Of a stretch of 64,000 bases of DNA, positions 59,201 through 64,000 are shown one piece after another (the first letter of the stretch is position 1; every line of letters starts with the position of its first letter). Made by a program: the position numbers and the translations under genes. Origin of the DNA: Tubiluchus corallicola (Eukaryota > Animalia > Priapulida). Under the pieces are notes generated by a model that saw only the letters and a list, made by a program, of their open reading frames with translations, did no database searches and was not told where the DNA came from. The stretch covers positions 45,460-109,459 of the forward strand of contig JAQGDQ010000706.1 in NCBI GenBank assembly GCA_030141605.1, read 5' to 3'.

Positions 59201-61683
59201 TTTTTTGTATTTTTTAAATACAAAATTTTTTTGATTAATGTATTACAATTGCAGGACAATTTATCTTGCTTTTTTACCTTTTTTCTTTCTTTTTGCTATT
59301 TGAAATTTGATCTTGCAAATGTTGTTTTTCTGAACATTAAAATATTCTCTTTTCTCTTTTGTGTTTTGAACCATATATAATTATGTTAAATGTTTGACTA
59401 TATTTAGGAACGACTGGTTTTTGGGTTTGGGTTTTTTTGCTGTTGTTGTATTTTTGTTTTTTGTATTTATGGACGTTTATGTATTTTTCAATACAGTTGT
59501 GTTCTGCTGTCATTAGAGTCTTTTTGTTTACTGTCTTTCTGAGAAGGGTGGTTGACTCGCTAACCTTTGGTTCTTCGCCACCCTTTCTCCCATATTTGTT
59601 TGTATTTTTGCATATTTTATTGTTAAGTTAATGTAAATTTAGGGAGAAAAATAAAAAAATTACTTACTTACTATTTCGAATGAACTTTAATTATCGGTTT
59701 CAAGTATTTTTAACTCCATTGATCAAAGACACATCTGCAGAAATTTTTCTTGTCTAGAGATTTAATAGATTTGACTTCTTTTTCAATGAAACTTTGGTCT
59801 CTTTTATGTTTTATTTTACTTTTTATTTTTGCTTACATTTATTTTTAGAGACAAATAAATAACTGACCTACTTACTTAATGTTTTACAATTGTAAATATG
59901 TCTGAACTGTCTAAATTTAGTCTAAACGCGCATTTAAGATTTGGATGATTGTTTAATGTCGAGTTCGAATCCTGTTCAGGGCTTTAGGAAGATGCTGTAC
60001 TGATCTCTGATTTGTTGGACTTGGTTACCACTTCAAAATGTTTTGTCTTTTTTCTGGATACCATAATATTCAAGAAAACCGCATAATAATAATAATAATA
60101 TTGCACGTGTTTTTACGAATACCCCCCACACAAAAAAACAACCCACAACACAAACACAACCCACAAAAAAAACACCCCAAAACCCAAAAAACCCAAACCA
60201 AAAAAACCAACACAACTACATCAGTGCCCTCTGTTGAGAAAATTTAACGTACTGTCGTAACCTAACTATTTTTGTAATGTTCCACTCACAATATTAAATA
60301 CTGACAATTTCAGTAATTCGCTATGAAAGATAATAAGTCTGCTATGTAATTTGACGCCATTAAAACTTTTTTTCGTTGTTAATTTAGTGTTTATCTTAAT
60401 GTCATAAGATACATAAACAAACACTTTCTAGTTTTTTGAAGCGTTTATATTTAGGGCAGATGTATATTGGAGCAATAGTTTTGCTTATTTACTTTGAACA
60501 GTATGTTGATTAAACTTTCAATTATGACTTGTTAGAGTCATTCTGAGGTGGTTTGCAAAGTGACATTTAAAAAAATACATTTGGTGTTTATAATACATCA
60601 GGTGGCGCTGAAAAATATGCTGGCTTGTCATTGGAAAATGAACTTTGCAATAATTAAACACGTAGTACAGCATTTTACCAGAATAAATAGTTCTTCAAGT
60701 TTGCAATAATCTCCGGCAGTCATTTTAACGGAGAAAAAAGGTGTATGTAAGAAGGATAGGCGGTTTCAAAAAACAAATTATTCAACAAGAAATACTCATA
60801 AAACCCGTAAAAATATTCAATTTACATGAGTATGATCTGTACAATGTGGCATAGGACAATCTTTGGAGTAAACAGATACAAGTAAGAACACTGTGTTGGA
60901 TTGGGTGCGCACTAAGGCTATTTCAAGAGTCTCCTCTTCCTATATCATCACATCAAGATCTTAAATGACAAAAAGCCAGGATGGGGTCAGCCACAAAGTA
61001 CAACTAAGCGTTACTGGTGTTTGCCTATACAACGTGATGATTCACTACACATTAATGCAGTAAAATGAGCAATAAAGCAAAGAATTCAATCATATTTCTT
61101 TCTTCGAGAAGCTATGTAATTGAGTTCAACATTTAGGTACAAAAATTACTGCAGGTAAAACAGACAATTGATTTCATGGACGCATAACTTACATCAAAAC
61201 CGCACAGAGGGTCACTGTCCATAATGAGCACAAGCAGGGGCGTATTAATCAATAGGATAACTAGGCTACAATCTAGGGCACCAAAGTTTGAGGGCATCAC
61301 ATTTTAGAAAAAATTCTTATTCTCCTCGTATACTTGTAAAGGGCGCACTTTCTAACACACCACAGGCAGTTAGTGAGCTCTATTTTATATAAGTTTATAT
61401 ATATAATTAATAATGACCACCTAAAAACGAGGTAAATCAATAGTGTTTCTAACACACCACAAGCAATTGTTTAATATGCTCATTACATAAACAAACATAA
61501 ATTCACAATAGAGACGGGGGTAACAGAACTATCAGCCTAGGGTGTCATAAAGTCTTGATACGTGCCTGATCACAATACTTACACTAAAACCTTCGCACCA
61601 AAACCAACTGCTTTGGCTGCGGACATGAGGCCCTCTGTCCATCGATGATTACGCTTATAAAACTCTTTAGTCGAAGCTGCACC
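56273..61683 (-). CDS. HIP1: Huntingtin-interacting protein 1 / HIP1R (Sla2 family), last four exons: 61583-61683, 58784-59013, 57790-57962, 56273-56332
   Basis: THATCH (I/LWEQ) domain: KEFYKRNHRWTEGLMSAAKAVG..., FEELMVCSQEIAASTAQLVVASKVKA..., MDFSKLSL..KRLEMDSQVRVLELE...LRKQHYQLAG. All phases match; the last exon (DIQEAADASAKLDLADAGR*) is inferred from acceptor and phase. Confidence 0.9.
61235..61568. mobile_element. Degenerate hAT-like MITE in a HIP1 intron
   Basis: Ends CAGGGGCGTATTAA / TTGATACGTGCCTG; flanks AGCACAAG and ATCACAAT (6/8). Confidence 0.5.
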
Positions 61684-61991
61684 CTGAAAAATTAAAAACC
61701 TACCAGTTAGTATTTCGTAGCACATTATTGCAAAAATCATCATTTTATAACACATTGCCTCTGTTCGTGGTGTGGCACAACTGCCTGTGGTGTGTAAGAA
61801 AGTATGCCCAGAAATTTATTGGACACACTGCCTCTATTAGTTTCTTACAAGCAATGCAGAATATTTTAAGGCAAACATAGCAATAGTTACTAAGTGTACC
61901 AGCTTTTAGTTACTAAGTTGCTAAGTAAACAGTAATTAAGCTATGTGATAGAAAGCATAAACTATTTAAAAGAGAAATCTTAGACAATTTC

Positions 61992-62475
61992 CAGGGATGA
62001 GAATGACAAATTGCAAAAAACTCTGAAACAGGCCAAGGGTTTGGGAGCCACGTAGCCAGCAACAAATTGCAATTTTCAGTCCACAGAGAGCCTGTAATTG
62101 GACTTAAAATATCAGTTACCTTGTTTCATGCATAATTCAAAATATCCAACTATCAAGGATACATGATACCTAATTGTCTCAAAAACGTCTAAGTACTGGC
62201 CGCTCCTATGTAAAAGTATATAAAAACTGTCTGCAATTGACTCAAATAACTCCGCACAATTGATTCTATATTTTTATACATAGAGATATACACGTGGTTG
62301 CACTGATGTACGTGATGTAAATAAAGTGCGGTCTGCCAACTAGCGGTCAGCTTGTGAAATAATGAACTGGATCCGTAAAAATTTTCTCAGCGAATTTACG
62401 CGATTTACAAAAATGGCACTACTGGTCTTCCAAAAACTCGGAATTCCGCGTATCCACGGAAAATTCCCATCCCTG
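61992..62475 (-). mobile_element. hAT-like MITE with 6-bp TSD, copy 2
   Basis: TIR CAGGGATGRGAA; TSD AATTTC; reverse-complement homolog of 8827-9334. Confidence 0.85.
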
Positions 62476-62923
62476 AATTTCGTCTCTCACTCTCAGCCAT
62501 GTTCACTACCCTTCACATTGCTTGTAACGTAGGATTTTTTCTCAAGGTTAGTTTTCATACAACAAGTGTCCTCGATCTTGCCGATGGCTTGTCTGACAAC
62601 TAACCTTGTGTCCTTAGTTATGAGTGCATCACGCTTAGTTAAGATTATGTGACATTTGACGAATTTGAAAGTCTTCATGTCAAGAATCAACCAAATTTTA
62701 AGTAAAATTCCACAATTATTTATAATTAAACTCAAATGACATCAACACCACACACACAAACAAGATACAAACAACTACAAATCATACAATCTACAACAGC
62801 GCACACATACAAAATTATCACCAAAGGACAAGGATCATCAGGTGAGTCACCGGAAAAGATTCAGATTTCGGTCTCTACTCACTATCTTCAAACTTTCCCG
62901 GCAGGAACCAGGTCACAATGATT

Positions 62924-63640
62924 CTATGTGCTACATACACATACGTACTCATCATAGTATATACTACGTGCTACATACACATACGTACTCGTCATACTAC
63001 ATACTACGTGCTACATACACATACGTACTCGTCATACTACATACTACGTGCTACGTGCTACATACACATACGTACTCGTCATACTACATACTACGTGCTA
63101 CATACACATACGTACACGTCATACTACATACTACGTGCTACATACACATACGTACTGGTCATACTACATACTACGTGCTACATACACATACGTACTCGTC
63201 ATACTACATACTACGTGCTACATACACATACGTACTCGTCCTACTACATACCACGTGCTACATACACATACGTACTCGTCCTACTACATACCACGTGCTA
63301 CATACACATACGTGCTCGTCCTACTACATACCACGTGCTACATACACATACGTGCTCGTCATACTACATACTACGTGCTACATACACATACGTACTCGTC
63401 ATACTACATACTACGTGCTACATACACATACGTGCTCGTCATACTACATACTACGTGCTACATACACATACGTACTCGTCATACTACATACTACGTGCTA
63501 CATACACATACGTACTCGTCCTACTACATACCACGTGCTACATACACATACGTACTCGTCATACTACATACCACGTGCTACATACACATACGTACTCGTC
63601 CTACTACATACTATGTGCTACATACACATACGTACTCATC
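62924..63640. repeat. 40-bp tandem array
   Basis: CTACATACACATACGTACTCGTCATACTACATACTACGTG, about 18 copies. Confidence 0.95.
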
Positions 63641-64000
63641 ATGTCATATCCCATTTTGAAGTATGGTAAAAAGTATACATCATGTCATATCCCATTTTGA
63701 ACTATGGTAAAAAGTATACATCATGTCATATCTCATTTTGAAGTATGGTAAAAAGTATACGGCATGTGATGTCCCATTTTGAAGTATGGTAAAAAGTATA
63801 CATCATGTCATATCCCATTTTGAACTATGGTAAAAAGTATACATCATGTCATATCCCATTTTGAACTATGGTAAAAAGTATACATCATGTCATATCCCAT
63901 TTTGAACTATGGTAAAAAGTATACATCATGTCATATCCCATTTTGAAGTATGGTAAAAAGTATACGTTATGTCATATCCCATTTTGAACTATGGTAAAAA
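63638..64000. repeat. 41-bp tandem array running off the window
   Basis: CATCATGTCATATCCCATTTTGAASTATGGTAAAAAGTATA, about 9 copies. Confidence 0.95.

Noticed and set aside
59150-59980. Possible degraded LINE or SINE relic
   Set aside because: Only compositional hints and a lone B-box-like motif; no recognisable protein motif.
62842-63700. His/Thr/Tyr-rich ORFs of 200-275 aa
   Set aside because: Stop-free 40-bp repeat giving the same peptide in all three frames.

Overview
AT-rich, repeat-rich animal genomic DNA with spliceosomal introns and one assembly gap (46348-46508). Most of the window (at least 4733-50657, + strand) is one polycystin-1-family (PKD1L/PKDREJ-like) gene. I traced 29 exons (about 2170 codons) by splice sites and phase, giving REJ, GAIN/GPS, TM1, PLAT, TM2-5, TOP and channel domains; its 5' exons were not found. 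Unusually, the ectodomain carries an insert just before the GPS: a 33-cysteine domain with helical spacing plus a complete second, extracellular PLAT/LH2 domain. One intron holds a full-length 5.8-kb LOA-type non-LTR retrotransposon (- strand, 12-bp TSD, (TAA)n tail) whose first nucleotide starts a canonical HDV-like ribozyme fold. The last four exons of a HIP1/HIP1R gene (THATCH domain) converge from the right, and a signal-peptide LRR-like ORF lies antisense at the left. There are many MITEs (hAT-, pogo-, Harbinger-, Ginger2- and Helitron-like) and at least nine tandem arrays. All calls come from manual motif recognition; no database search was run.
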